DNA from: Aulosira sp. ZfuVER01
Lineage (GTDB): Bacteria > Cyanobacteriota > Cyanobacteriia > Cyanobacteriales > Nostocaceae
DNA length: 64,000 nucleotides
NCBI GenBank assembly: GCA_034530615.2
Contig: JAVRCV020000041.1
Coordinates: 202,906 to 266,905, forward strand
Direction of reading: 5' to 3'
The stretch's first letter is position 1, and each line of letters starts with the position of its first letter. Of the stretch, positions 9,821 to 20,592 are shown one piece after another. Under the pieces are notes generated by a model, which worked only from the letters and a program-made list of their open reading frames with translations, was not told where the DNA came from and searched no databases. A program made the translations under genes and the position numbers.

Positions 9821-11494
9821 ATGTTGTACAAAAAACGAGTATTTCCGAGTTTAGAGCGGCAAATTCACCTTTTGGTGAGATTTCCCTATGTCAGTTTGTT
9901 AATTTGGCTACTTCCTTTACTGCTCTGCAATTCTGGACAAAGTAGCTTGATAGCACATGATGAAGGTTATTATGCTGGGCGCGCTCGCCAGATGTTTGAA
10001 TCTGGCGATTGGATAGCTCCTTGGGGTAATGCCCATCATAAAACTCCGGGGCCTTATTGGTTAATTGCTAGTTTTTATAGATTATTTGGTGTGAGCGAAT
10101 TTAGTGCGCGACTTCCGAGTGCGATCGCAGGGATTTTTTGCTTATTGACTCTATATGAAATTGGCAAAATTCTCTTAGGTCAAAGAATAGCATGGCTAGC
10201 AGCTACTATTTTAAGTGTGGAATTTCTCTGGCTACAATCATGCCGATTAGCTGCACCAGATATTCCGATGATTCTCTTGGTACTTTTAGCTATTTTATCT
10301 TTCTTAAAAGCTGAAATAAATCCTAAACAAAGCTCTTATTGGCTTTTTATTGCTGGGTTAAGTTTTGGTTTGGGCTTCTTAATGAGAAGCTTTATGATTT
10401 TTTTGCCCATGATGGCTTTATTACCTTATTTAATTGGCGAGCATCGCCGTCATTATCATCTTGCTAATCCAATGTTGTATTTAGGATTGGCAGTGGGTTT
10501 AATTCCTACATTAGCTTGGGTTTGGTTAAGTTGGTTACGCTATGGTTATGAAAGTTTTGATCGGTTGTTAGGATTTGTGGTAGAGCTAGGTTCTGAAGAC
10601 CGCAACCATAATGGAGTATTGTACTATTTCTGGAATATTCCTTTAAAAGCCTTTCCTTGGGGTTTTTTCAGTATTTTAGGAATTGCTGTGGCGCTGCGTC
10701 ATCCAATTCCTCGCTACCAGTTGATTTTAGTTGGGGTTCCCTTAGTTTGGTTTACTGAACTAAGTATTTTCTCAACACGTCTTTCTCACTATGCTCTTGG
10801 TCTTTATCCTTTTATAGCAATGTTTGCGGCTTTAGGTTTAGACTGGTTGGGCAAAATTTACCAAAGAGGATTTAGACACCAAACAGCTTTTCATCAAGAG
10901 GATAAAGGAAATATTTTAGTTTCATTTATTAGAGAAACTAGAGAGAATCTTCCTCGGAACCTCAGTTATGCTTTTGGTGTACTAGGTATTGTAGTTTTGC
11001 TAGTAAGTACTATTGCCTTAACTTTCAGCAGTAATTTTTTTATTAACCAACGTGCAACCTTAGGTTTAATTTTAGGATTAGGGTGGCTAATGTTACCTTT
11101 TATGTGGATCGGTCATTACTACTTGGGTAAAAAGTTCTTGACTGATAATTGGTGGATAGCTTGTTGGTTACTTCCCTGCTGGCTAACTTTAGCTATGGCT
11201 GGTAGCTTAGGCTTGTTAAGCGACTATAACCCTGAATTTAAAGCTTTTTTCCAAAAACCAGCGATCGCCCCTCTTCTCCAGACTCATCCTGTCTCTTTTG
11301 CCCAAGTAGAAGATAAAAACTCTGTACTACTAAATTTCTACACTCCAATTCCTGGCCCTAGGGTAGATGCAATTTCCCAATTACCAGCTTTGAGCTATGC
11401 TTGGATATCTGCACCACAGAACCCGCAATTATCCACTTCTTACCGCGTTATTGCTACACTACAAGAGTACCAGCTGATTCAAGTCCTTCCCTAA
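9821..11494 (+). CDS. ArnT / GT39-like polytopic membrane glycosyltransferase
   Basis: HDEGYY, HKTP, ARLPSA motifs; many TM helices. Confidence 0.85.
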   Translation: MLYKKRVFPSLERQIHLLVRFPYVSLLIWLLPLLLCNSGQSSLIAHDEGYYAGRARQMFESGDWIAPWGNAHHKTPGPYWLIASFYRLFGVSEFSARLPSAIAGIFCLLTLYEIGKILLGQRIAWLAATILSVEFLWLQSCRLAAPDIPMILLVLLAILSFLKAEINPKQSSYWLFIAGLSFGLGFLMRSFMIFLPMMALLPYLIGEHRRHYHLANPMLYLGLAVGLIPTLAWVWLSWLRYGYESFDRLLGFVVELGSEDRNHNGVLYYFWNIPLKAFPWGFFSILGIAVALRHPIPRYQLILVGVPLVWFTELSIFSTRLSHYALGLYPFIAMFAALGLDWLGKIYQRGFRHQTAFHQEDKGNILVSFIRETRENLPRNLSYAFGVLGIVVLLVSTIALTFSSNFFINQRATLGLILGLGWLMLPFMWIGHYYLGKKFLTDNWWIACWLLPCWLTLAMAGSLGLLSDYNPEFKAFFQKPAIAPLLQTHPVSFAQVEDKNSVLLNFYTPIPGPRVDAISQLPALSYAWISAPQNPQLSTSYRVIATLQEYQLIQVLP

Positions 11495-11572
11495 GAGAGA
11501 TGGCAATCAACTGTTGCCAAGAAAGCTTTGTCTAGTTAGAATAATATTACGCACACTAAATAATTAGTTGAC

Positions 11573-12040
11573 ATGGTGTCTATATCTAAGGATTCTGAAG
11601 TTTTGGAGTCGTGGCAGCAAGTTCTGGCACCATATAACATTGGCTACCGAATCAAGTTGCTCTCGCAACTGCTGACTCGTAAGTTTACTGAAAAGCTAGA
11701 ACCTTTCGGATTGACACCCTTTCACTGGTTAGTATTGTGCTGTTTGTGGGAAGAAGATGGTTTACCAACTTCCAGTATTGGCGACAAGCTCAAACAGGTG
11801 GGAGGGACTTTAACTGGCGTATTAGATCGCATGGAAGAACGCGGTTTAGTGCGTCGAGAACGAGATATTCACGATCGCCGCATCTGGCGAATTTGGCTAA
11901 CGGATGCTGGTAAGGAACTAGAAACAGTTTTACCCCCCCTAGCCGCAGAGTTACGCGATGAAGCCATGTCCGGTATTTCTCATGCTGAACGAGAATTATT
12001 TTCCCAATTATTGAATCGAGCGATCGCTAATTTGAGTTGA
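11573..12040 (+). CDS. MarR-family transcriptional regulator
   Basis: GLTPFHWLVL...LDRMEERGLVRR...DRR...LTDAG. Confidence 0.92.
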   Translation: MVSISKDSEVLESWQQVLAPYNIGYRIKLLSQLLTRKFTEKLEPFGLTPFHWLVLCCLWEEDGLPTSSIGDKLKQVGGTLTGVLDRMEERGLVRRERDIHDRRIWRIWLTDAGKELETVLPPLAAELRDEAMSGISHAERELFSQLLNRAIANLS

Positions 12041-12180
12041 AGGGAACAGGGGGACAAGGGGGACAAGGGGGAGCCACTGCGTTGCGCGGGTTCCCCGCGT
12101 TGTAGCAAGCGACGTTGACAAGGGAGCAGGGGAGAAATAACCAATGCCCAATGCCCAATGCCCTTTGACTCTTGACAACC
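12041..12180. repeat. STRR tandem repeats with an embedded small dispersed repeat
   Basis: GGGGACAAG repeats, AATGCCC x3 and GAGCCACTGCGTTGCGCGGGTTCCCCGCG palindrome. Confidence 0.7.
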
Positions 12181-12396
12181 TGAGCGCGAAATCTCCAAGT
12201 TTATTTACGTAACACCTGAGGAAGTCTATCTGTAGAAGAAGCTACAATCACCCAATTGGGTGAAGTACTGTAAAGTTTTGTTTTGCATAATAATACTACG
12301 CATACGAAGGGAACGATAGATGAAGGCTAGCAATTAAATAATACGTACTCTAAGTAAAAATCTTAATTTAATCATTGAGTAAGTGGGTTAACAATC

Positions 12397-13905
12397 ATGG
12401 GCGCTAATTCTTGGAACGGACACAAAAAAGGCAATACCTCTGTTATCGACAAAGAACTAATTACTGATGTAGAGAGTTTAGAGGCTGTTACCGCCAAGAC
12501 TTCCGCCAGTGCAGAAGCAACCGTTGTAACTCCCGAAGCTCCTACAGAACCGCAAACTGATGTCCATCAAGAGCCAGAGATAGAGAAAAAGGTTGACAAG
12601 AAAGGTAAAAAACCGATTGGTTTGATTTTAGCTGGCGTGGGTTTAGGTGCGATCGCTGCTGGTGGTTTTGGTTATCACTACTGGCAATATGCTTCTACCC
12701 ACGAATCAACAGATAACGCTACTGTAGTGGGAAACATTCACCAAGTTTCTAGCCGGATTCCTGGAACTGTCAGTCAGGTACTAGTGAATGATAACCAACT
12801 GGTACAACCAGGACAATTATTAGTCAAACTCGATCCACAAGATTATCAAAGTAAAGTACAGCAAGCGCAAGCAGCGCTAGAAACTGCACGTGGACAGGCG
12901 CAAGCTGCACAAGCAAATATTGCGTTAGCTTCACAAACCTCTAGTGGTAAAACAACTCAAGCGCAAGGAGATGTCAGCAGTGCTGTCGCCGCAATTTCCA
13001 CAGCGCAAGCCGCAGTTAAAGAAGCCCAAGCTGGGATACCCGCAGCCCAAGCTGAAGTCCAACTAGCGCAAGCCGGGATACCCGCCGCCCAAGCCCAGGT
13101 AGCGCAGGCTGATGCTAATTTGGCAAAAGCCCAAACAGACTACAACCGTTACAACAGTTTGTTTAAAGAAGGCGCAATTGCGCGGCAGCAGCTAGATACA
13201 GCCAAGGCAGCTTATGATGTAGCCGTAGCACAGAAAAATGCGGCGGTTCAGGGAGTAGAACAAGCACAAGCGAGGTTAGCCTCTGCAAAAGTGGGTGTAG
13301 CAAAAGCCCAATCTCAACTTGCGCAAGCACAACAAGGTGTAACCAGCGCCCAAGCTAAACTAGCAGCCTCTAAAGGAGGATTGCAACAAGCCACCGCTAC
13401 CGGACAAGACACCGCAGTTAAACAGAGTCAGTACGAAGCAGCAAAAGCTGCGATCGCGCAAGCGGAAGCATCCCTCAAAGACGCGCAGCTACAGCTTTCT
13501 TACACCAACATTACCGCGCCTAGCGCCGGACGGGTAGGTAGAAAAAACGTGGAAGTTGGGAACCGGGTGCAAGTAGGAACACCATTAATGGCGATCGTAG
13601 ATAACAGCTATTGGGTAGTAGCGAACTTTAAAGAAACCCAATTGAATAAAATGCAGCCCGGAGAACCAGTAGAAATCAAGCTGGATGCTTTTCCTAATCA
13701 CCCCTTTACAGGTCGTGTTGACAGTATATCCCCAGCCTCTGGTGCGCAATTTGCTTTATTACCACCAGATAACGCCACTGGTAACTTCACCAAAATTGTC
13801 CAACGCATTCCTGTCAAAGTAATTTTCGACCAAAAGAGTATCCAGGGATATGAGTCTCGAATTACGCCTGGGATGTCTGCGGAAATTGCTGTAGAGGTTA
13901 AATAA
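12397..13905 (+). CDS. EmrA/HlyD-family efflux adaptor
   Basis: TM anchor, Ala/Gln coiled coil, ANFKETQL, ALLPPDNATGNFTKIVQRIPV. Confidence 0.92.
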   Translation: MGANSWNGHKKGNTSVIDKELITDVESLEAVTAKTSASAEATVVTPEAPTEPQTDVHQEPEIEKKVDKKGKKPIGLILAGVGLGAIAAGGFGYHYWQYASTHESTDNATVVGNIHQVSSRIPGTVSQVLVNDNQLVQPGQLLVKLDPQDYQSKVQQAQAALETARGQAQAAQANIALASQTSSGKTTQAQGDVSSAVAAISTAQAAVKEAQAGIPAAQAEVQLAQAGIPAAQAQVAQADANLAKAQTDYNRYNSLFKEGAIARQQLDTAKAAYDVAVAQKNAAVQGVEQAQARLASAKVGVAKAQSQLAQAQQGVTSAQAKLAASKGGLQQATATGQDTAVKQSQYEAAKAAIAQAEASLKDAQLQLSYTNITAPSAGRVGRKNVEVGNRVQVGTPLMAIVDNSYWVVANFKETQLNKMQPGEPVEIKLDAFPNHPFTGRVDSISPASGAQFALLPPDNATGNFTKIVQRIPVKVIFDQKSIQGYESRITPGMSAEIAVEVK

Positions 13906-13922
13906 GCCATTTGTTATTGATG

Positions 13923-13967
13923 AAGGGAACAGGGAACATTCTTATGGGAATCTCTCTGTTCCCTTTT
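13923..13967 (+). terminator. Putative intrinsic terminator
   Basis: AAGGGAACAG...CTGTTCCCTT stem followed by T-run. Confidence 0.5.
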
Positions 13968-14204
13968 AATTATCAGTTGCTAATTAGCTATAACTAATGA
14001 CCGATGAATTTTGAGTAAAAAAATTTCTATGATGTCCGGTAAATTATCCTGAATTTTCTCTAAACAACCCCGCATCAAAGCCATGCTTTTTCTACTTTCT
14101 ATGCAAGCAAGAATGGTTAGAAAATGAGGAGGATTTATTATGATAAATTGCCGAAAATAATTATTTTTTGGTGCTATCTAGCTAGAACAAACAACTAATG
14201 AGCA

Positions 14205-15476
14205 ATGAGAAAACTAAAGCTGCTTCTACCTGCATTAAAATCCAAAAACTACCGTTTGTTTTTTGCCGGACAAGGTATTTCCCTAATTGGAACTTGGATG
14301 ACGCAACTGGCTACGATTTGGCTAGTTTATAGTTTAACTAACTCTCCATTAATGTTGGGAGTTGTAGGATTTACCAGTCAAATCCCTAGTTTTTTTCTCG
14401 CTCCCTTTGGGGGTGTTTTTGTAGACCGATTTTCGCGTTATCGTACCTTAATTGGTACGCAAATTATGGCGATGATTCAGTCGTTAGCATTAGCGGTACT
14501 GGCGCTAACTGGTGTGATTCAGGTATGGCACATCATTGCTTTAAGCTTATTTCAGGGATTTATTAACGCCTTAGATGCACCAGCCAGACAAGCATTTGTA
14601 CCAGAACTAGTGGAAAAAAGAGAAGATTTAGCCAATGCGATCGCCATCAACTCAACCATGATTAATGGAGCGAGATTAATTGGCCCGGCGATCGGTGGTT
14701 TGCTTATTGCTAAAATTGGCGCTGCTTACTGTTTTCTTATTGATGGTTTAAGCTATATTGCTGTGATTGCTGCTTTATTGGCAATGAAAATTAAACCTTG
14801 GCAAGTTCCAGTAAGTAATGGCAATCCTCTACAAAAAGTTAAAGAGGGATTTGTTTATGCTTTTAGCTTTCCACCAATCCGAGCAATATTGTTGCTATCA
14901 ACTTTAGTTAGCTTAATGGGATTACAAAATACTATTCTTGTACCCATTTTTGCTGAAGAGATTCTTAAAGGAGGAGCAGAAGCATTAGGCTTTTTGATGG
15001 CAGCCTCCGGAGTAGGAGCATTATCGGGTGGTATTTATTTAGCTACACGGCGGACAATACTAGGAATTGGGAAATTAATTGCTATAGCTCCTGCAATTTT
15101 AGGAGTAGGTTTAATTGGTTTTTCTCTATCTCGATTTTTACCACTTTCTTTATTTACAATGTTGTTTATTGGCTTGGGAACAATTCTCCAAATTGCCGCC
15201 AGTAATACATTTTTACAAACAATTGTAGAAGAAGACAAACGCGGTAGATTGATGAGTTTATATACAATGTCATTTTTAGGAATGATACCTGTAGGTAATT
15301 TATTAGGAGGGTTCTTAGCAAGTCGCCTTGGTGCTCCTAATACATTAATTATTGATGGTATCGCTTGTATTATCGGCTCTATTATTTTTGGCAGACAACT
15401 ACCTGGATTAAGACGACTAGTTATGCCACTCTATGAGCAGAAGGGCATTGTAAAAAGTGTAGAATCTTCAGGATAG
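14205..15476 (+). CDS. MFS transporter (MFS_3 type)
   Basis: NYRLFFAGQGISLIGTWM, GVFVDRFSR, PARQAFVPELV; about 12 TM. Confidence 0.9.
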   Translation: MRKLKLLLPALKSKNYRLFFAGQGISLIGTWMTQLATIWLVYSLTNSPLMLGVVGFTSQIPSFFLAPFGGVFVDRFSRYRTLIGTQIMAMIQSLALAVLALTGVIQVWHIIALSLFQGFINALDAPARQAFVPELVEKREDLANAIAINSTMINGARLIGPAIGGLLIAKIGAAYCFLIDGLSYIAVIAALLAMKIKPWQVPVSNGNPLQKVKEGFVYAFSFPPIRAILLLSTLVSLMGLQNTILVPIFAEEILKGGAEALGFLMAASGVGALSGGIYLATRRTILGIGKLIAIAPAILGVGLIGFSLSRFLPLSLFTMLFIGLGTILQIAASNTFLQTIVEEDKRGRLMSLYTMSFLGMIPVGNLLGGFLASRLGAPNTLIIDGIACIIGSIIFGRQLPGLRRLVMPLYEQKGIVKSVESSG

Positions 15477-15694
15477 ATGAGCTGCTATGCATGGATATAT
15501 AACTCCTAAAGCATTCGTAAAAAACAAGATTACCAAATTCCCTAGGAAGTTGGTAATCTGAGCTTTTCAATCCTCAACCACCAATAAAAACTATTTCTTT
15601 TATCTGTTTTGCGTTACGGACATTTTGCTTTAAAGTTTAAAAATAGATACATATTCCTCCTTGCGCGCCTCAATTCTAAAACTGGAGCAATTTT

Positions 15695-17281
15695 ATGGCT
15701 AATACAGGTGCTATCCAGCAGAATACTGCTCTACCACCGGAAAAGATACCTTTAAGAACTTGGATTGGTGTATTAGCCAGTATGCTTGGCGCATTCATGG
15801 CGGTTTTAGATATTCAAATTACTAACGCTTCATTACAAGAAATTCAAGCAAGTTTAGGCGCAACTTTAGAAGAAGGTTCTTGGATTTCGACTGCTTATCT
15901 AGTAGCAGAAATTGTAGTCATCCCACTTACCGGATGGTTATCGCGGGTGTTTTCACTGCGACGCTATCTAATAGTAAATACAGTACTATTTATCTTTTTT
16001 TCTATATGCTGTGCTTGGTCATGGAATCTCAATTCTATGATTATCTTCCGTGCTTTACAAGGCTTCAGTGGTGGGATTTTAATTCCTTCGGCCATGACGG
16101 TTGTACTGACAACTTTACCGCCATCTAAGCAATCAGTAGGACTAGCTGCATTTGCTATTACCGCAGTTTTTGCACCATCAATTGGCCCGACATTAGGAGG
16201 TTGGTTAACAGAGAATTTTAGTTGGCAGTATAACTTTTATATAAATGTGTTTCCCGGGGTGTTAATGCTGGCCGGAGTATGGTATGGCATTAAACAAGAC
16301 CAACTCCAATTACAGTTGCTAAAACAAGGTGACTGGTGGGGAATTATTTCAATGGCTATTGGGTTAGGTTCCCTACAAGTTGTATTAGAAGAAGGTAGCC
16401 GCAAAGATTGGTTTGGTTCGGCTTTGATTGTCCGCTTAAGTGCGATCGCGGTAATTTTTATAGCATTATTTCTATTTATAGAATTGACTCGCAAGCAACC
16501 ATTTATTAATTTAAGATTGGTCCTACGACGTAATTTTGGTTTAGCCAGTATTGTTAACGTCTCCCTAGGGGTGGGATTATATGGTTCAATTTATATTTTG
16601 CCTTTATATCTTGCTCAAATTCAAAAATATAATGCACTACAAATTGGTGAAGTCCTAATTTGGGCAGGTATTCCTCAATTATTTATTATTCCCTTTATCC
16701 CCAAATTAATGCAGCGCATTGATGTCCGATTAATGGTAGGAGTCGGTGTTTCTCTGTTTGCTGTAAGTGCTTTTATGAACGCCGGGATGACATCTCAAAC
16801 GGGGTTAGATCAATTAAGATGGTCACAACTAGTACGCGCAATGGGACAACCATTAATTATGGTTCCACTGAGTAGTATTGCTACAGCTGGATTGAATCCT
16901 AAAGAAGCGGGTTCGGCAAGTGGTTTATTTAATATGATGCGTAATCTGGGCGGTTCTTTAGGTATTGCAGCCTTAGCAACTTTATTAACTAATCGAGAGC
17001 AATTTCACTCTAATAGATTGGGCGATAGCGTATCTTTATATAATCCAGAAACTCAACAGCGAATCGATCAGATGACCCAATATTTCATCAGTCGAGGAGC
17101 AGATTTGAGTACAGCGCAAAATCAGGCGATCGCATCTATATCTAATATTGTGCGTCGAGAAGCTTTTGTGATGGCTTTTAATGATTGTTTTTACTTTATT
17201 GGCATCGCTTTATTATTAAGCGGGCTGGCTATTATTTTTATCAAAAAAGTAAAAGCTACTGGTGGTGCTGTTGCCCATTAA
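15695..17281 (+). CDS. DHA2 (EmrB/QacA) efflux MFS permease
   Basis: FMAVLDIQITN, WISTAYL, RALQG, GPTLGGWLTE. Confidence 0.92.
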   Translation: MANTGAIQQNTALPPEKIPLRTWIGVLASMLGAFMAVLDIQITNASLQEIQASLGATLEEGSWISTAYLVAEIVVIPLTGWLSRVFSLRRYLIVNTVLFIFFSICCAWSWNLNSMIIFRALQGFSGGILIPSAMTVVLTTLPPSKQSVGLAAFAITAVFAPSIGPTLGGWLTENFSWQYNFYINVFPGVLMLAGVWYGIKQDQLQLQLLKQGDWWGIISMAIGLGSLQVVLEEGSRKDWFGSALIVRLSAIAVIFIALFLFIELTRKQPFINLRLVLRRNFGLASIVNVSLGVGLYGSIYILPLYLAQIQKYNALQIGEVLIWAGIPQLFIIPFIPKLMQRIDVRLMVGVGVSLFAVSAFMNAGMTSQTGLDQLRWSQLVRAMGQPLIMVPLSSIATAGLNPKEAGSASGLFNMMRNLGGSLGIAALATLLTNREQFHSNRLGDSVSLYNPETQQRIDQMTQYFISRGADLSTAQNQAIASISNIVRREAFVMAFNDCFYFIGIALLLSGLAIIFIKKVKATGGAVAH

Positions 17282-17282
17282 G

Positions 17283-18092
17283 TTACACTTTTTGTTCTGT
17301 GACTAAGGTGAGGCTTACCCATTCGCCTTTGTCACTGTAGCTGCGAATCATTCTTTGGCGTAGATTTGGCTGAATTAGCCAACCCGCCTCTAGGATAAAA
17401 CTTTGGCGTAAATTTACTTTTAGTGGAGAAGTAGCAGAAGCGCCATGAGGTAACAGCAATACTTGCATCTGCTTTTGTGGATCTCGATCGAAGTGAACGA
17501 TCGCTCCTTTAACAGTAGCACTGGAGGTAATTGTGCGATCGCCATAAGACAGAGTTTGCACAAATCGCCCAGCGTCATCTAGTTCTAATTTCAAGATTGT
17601 TGAGACAGTGTTAGGAGAACGAAAATCTGTATATATTGTGATTGCTTCACCTCGCCATTCTCCCAACAAATCATCTACCTTGACAGCAGGGCTTTCTACG
17701 GCTTCAGTACCAGCTAAATGTTCAGGAATTAGGGTGAGTTGATCTAGTTGACAGTTTTTATCAAACAGTTGCACCAGACGCAAACGGCGGTTTTCATGAA
17801 TCAAACCTAGTTCCGCGCCAAATTCAGTAAATGGCGCTAATTGAATTGAACCTTGAGAAAATGCACCATTTTCAAAAAACAGAGTACTCTTTCCCAGAGA
17901 ACTGTATTCCAGAACTAAATCTTCTTGTCCTTGACGGCGAACAATCTGGCGAATTGTCTGGTTATTATTCAACCCTTCCAGAGAGACAACACTTTTCACA
18001 TCTTGCAGTAGTTCACCTTGGGGAGAGAAACGGGTGAATGAACCTTGCCATTCACCCAGATTTTTCAGCAACCGTTCCCATTGAGATGTCAT
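17283..18092 (-). CDS. DUF3598-like protein
   Basis: QWERLLKNLGEWQGSF, FFENGAFSQG; internally duplicated beta-barrel-like halves. Confidence 0.75.
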   Translation of the reverse strand: MTSQWERLLKNLGEWQGSFTRFSPQGELLQDVKSVVSLEGLNNNQTIRQIVRRQGQEDLVLEYSSLGKSTLFFENGAFSQGSIQLAPFTEFGAELGLIHENRRLRLVQLFDKNCQLDQLTLIPEHLAGTEAVESPAVKVDDLLGEWRGEAITIYTDFRSPNTVSTILKLELDDAGRFVQTLSYGDRTITSSATVKGAIVHFDRDPQKQMQVLLLPHGASATSPLKVNLRQSFILEAGWLIQPNLRQRMIRSYSDKGEWVSLTLVTEQKV

Positions 18093-18197
18093 AGTGATTT
18101 TGTCCTTTGTTTTTTGTCCAGACGATCTGGTAATTGGTTATAAATAAAAATATTTCCAAGGGCAATTTATCTTCTACCCTGGATTTTTATTTTTAGG

Positions 18198-18329
18198 CTA
18201 TGGGCTACGTTTAAGACTGCCATCAGCATAAAGTTCCAAAGCAATTAGTTCTAATTTACCGTTGACGACTTGTTTGGAATAAACAATTTTTACAAAATCT
18301 GAGTGTTCATGATGGTTACGAATTAACAT
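18198..18329 (-). CDS. Small protein, 43 aa (MLIRNHHEHSDFVKIVYSKQVVNGKLELIALELYADGSLKRSP)
   Basis: Below the ORF-track cutoff; ATG 18329 to TAG 18198, strong RBS AGAGGAGGA just upstream. Confidence 0.55.
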   Translation of the reverse strand: MLIRNHHEHSDFVKIVYSKQVVNGKLELIALELYADGSLKRSP

Positions 18330-18566
18330 ATTACTTCCTCCTCTTTGATGAACCTATTTCAACCTCCTTTTAACCTTTCTATTTATTTAGTAGGTTGGTT
18401 TTTTGGTTTTATGCAGTTTTGACCAAGATGTCGGCTACTTTTACTGTTGACTGCGTTCTGCCAAAATCACCCCTAAAGCTTTGCATATCGTGGGGTGTGG
18501 CAGAATTGGACAAAAGCACCGGGTGGGAAGTCAAAACAAATCACGCAAAAAGTTGATAGATTCAGA

Positions 18567-19469
18567 CTAACTTCTGGCAAAACGCCGAACAGCAAATAAA
18601 CTCCCCATTAATCCCACAGATGCACCAAAGCTCAAGAGAATTAGGGGTAATAATAAGATTTGTACGGTAGTTAGTTGCAAACCTTTGGTAATAAATTGAA
18701 TAAACTCAGGCTGATTGGCGACTAGGTTTCCGAGAAACTGTTGAACTAGAGAAATCAAACTCCAGGCGATCGCACCGCCGATTACACCAAAAGTTATACC
18801 TTGCAAAATAAAAGGTAAGTAAATCCAAGCACTAGTTGCACCGACTAACTGCATGATTTCTATTTCTTGTCGTCGCGCCATCACAATTAAGCGGATGGTA
18901 ATGCTAGTGACTGCGATCGCAGTTAAGGTGAGGAGGATGGTAATTGTCAAAGTAATCCAGTTGAGACCTTCGTGCAACTGAGCAATGCGTTTAACTGCTT
19001 CATCGACATATTGCACGGTACTCACTCCCGGTAACTTAGCCAACTGCGTTGCTAACTTCGGCACAACTTCAGTGTTCCGGGCTTTTACCTTCACTTCATC
19101 AACTAGAGGATTTTCTCCTAGCTGCTGGTTAGCACCTTCAATATCAGAAATTCTCAGTTCCTTAACTAACTTACTCCAAGCTTGCTCTTTGGTAATTGTT
19201 TTTGTTGCTACCACCTCTGGCATTTTTGTCACCAGTGGTTCAATAGTTGCCGCTGATGTACCTGAATCAAGATACACTGAAACTTCCATCTGGCTACCGA
19301 ACTGGTAAAGGAGTTTTTCTAATTGCCAGGAAGTTTGCAGACTCATCCCAAATAAAAACAGCAATACCGTTACAGTACTCACAGCTGCCCAATTCATCCA
19401 ACCCCCGCGCAGCAAGCCTAGGAAAGTTTCTTTGAGCAGGTAGTCAAGTTTATTTAAAAATTTCAACAC
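18567..19469 (-). CDS. ftsX: FtsX-family permease
   Basis: TM1, extracellular loop with ENPL, IRLIVMARRQEIEIMQLVGATSAWIYLPFILQG. Confidence 0.8.
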   Translation of the reverse strand: MLKFLNKLDYLLKETFLGLLRGGWMNWAAVSTVTVLLFLFGMSLQTSWQLEKLLYQFGSQMEVSVYLDSGTSAATIEPLVTKMPEVVATKTITKEQAWSKLVKELRISDIEGANQQLGENPLVDEVKVKARNTEVVPKLATQLAKLPGVSTVQYVDEAVKRIAQLHEGLNWITLTITILLTLTAIAVTSITIRLIVMARRQEIEIMQLVGATSAWIYLPFILQGITFGVIGGAIAWSLISLVQQFLGNLVANQPEFIQFITKGLQLTTVQILLLPLILLSFGASVGLMGSLFAVRRFARS

Positions 19470-19509
19470 ACATTATGACTCCGATATGCGAATTTCGCAC
19501 CCAGATGTA

Positions 19510-19602
19510 GAAGACGCGGAGACTGTGGGACGCGGTGACGCGGGGAAAATTTATTGAAAAATATCTCCGTGTCCCCGCGTCTTCCCCTCTCCGTGTCTTC
19601 TT
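19510..19602. repeat. Inverted cluster of GACGCGG(A/G)-type short repeats
   Basis: GAAGACGCGGAGAC...GACGCGGTGACGCGGGG / CCCCGCGTCTTC...CCGTGTCTTC. Confidence 0.7.
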
Positions 19603-19748
19603 CGTAGTGCGACATCACATTTATACTCGACGGTAGAGAGTTTGGGTATTTTGTGTCAATTACCGCAGAGTATGGAAGATTTCTCCCCTAAGGAGATTGA
19701 TAGAATTAGATGTAGTAGGAATTTTCACAATCTAGCCGATAAGGAATC

Positions 19749-20312
19749 ATGCCCTCCGAAATTGCTGTCGAGAAAAAAAAGTTAAAAAATCCTCCTTTGG
19801 AACTTCACTATTTAGGCGATCGCGTTTTACGTCAACCTGCAAAGCGGATTGCCAAAGTAGATGATGAATTGCGCCAACTGGTACGCGAAATGCTGCAAAC
19901 TATGTACAGCAAAGATGGCATTGGTTTGGCTGCACCCCAAGTTGGAGTTCATAAACAACTAATTGTCATCGACTTGGAACCAGATAACCCTGCTAATCCA
20001 CCACTGGTATTGATCAACCCCACAATTAAACAGGTAAGCAAAGACATCTGCGTTGCTCAAGAAGGATGTTTGAGCATTCCCAACGTTTACATGGATGTGA
20101 AGCGCCCTGAAATGGTGGAAATTGCCTATAAAGATGAATATGGCCGTCCTAAGACATTAAAAGCTAATGACTTACTCGCACGCTGCATTCAGCACGAAAT
20201 GGATCACCTCAATGGCGTGGTATTTGTAGATCGTGTGGATAATTCCTTGACTTTGGCCCAGGAACTATCTAAAAATGGCTTCTCGTATCAAGCGGTGAAA
20301 CCTGTAGCATAG
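19749..20312 (+). CDS. def: Peptide deformylase
   Basis: GIGLAAPQVG, EGCLS, QHEMDHL. Confidence 0.97.
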   Translation: MPSEIAVEKKKLKNPPLELHYLGDRVLRQPAKRIAKVDDELRQLVREMLQTMYSKDGIGLAAPQVGVHKQLIVIDLEPDNPANPPLVLINPTIKQVSKDICVAQEGCLSIPNVYMDVKRPEMVEIAYKDEYGRPKTLKANDLLARCIQHEMDHLNGVVFVDRVDNSLTLAQELSKNGFSYQAVKPVA

Positions 20313-20324
20313 GGTGGTTTAGTA

Positions 20325-20528
20325 GTGTATTTAACTCCAAAAAGCGGTTTATTCCTAGGCGGTTCTTGTGTAGCTGCGATCGCGGCTGTCGGTTCGATTT
20401 TTGAACTCAGTTACGGACAACCAGATTTAGGCGTTCAAGCCACGGCGATTATCCTAATTTTGAGTATTCCACTCACAGGATTATTTTTCTTTGCCGCAGT
20501 GAGGGACGCAAGGGATAACATTAAATAA
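20325..20528 (+). CDS. Small two-TM protein downstream of def
   Basis: Two hydrophobic helices; 12 bp after the def stop. Confidence 0.75.
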   Translation: MYLTPKSGLFLGGSCVAAIAAVGSIFELSYGQPDLGVQATAIILILSIPLTGLFFFAAVRDARDNIK

Positions 20529-20541
20529 GCATCAGGTACAT

Positions 20542-20592
20542 AAAAAGGTGAAGGGATGGAAAAATAAAGTAAATTCATCCTTTTACCTTTTA
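20542..20592. terminator. Putative bidirectional terminator
   Basis: AAAAGGTGAAGGGATG...CATCCTTTTACCTTTT between convergent genes. Confidence 0.5.
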
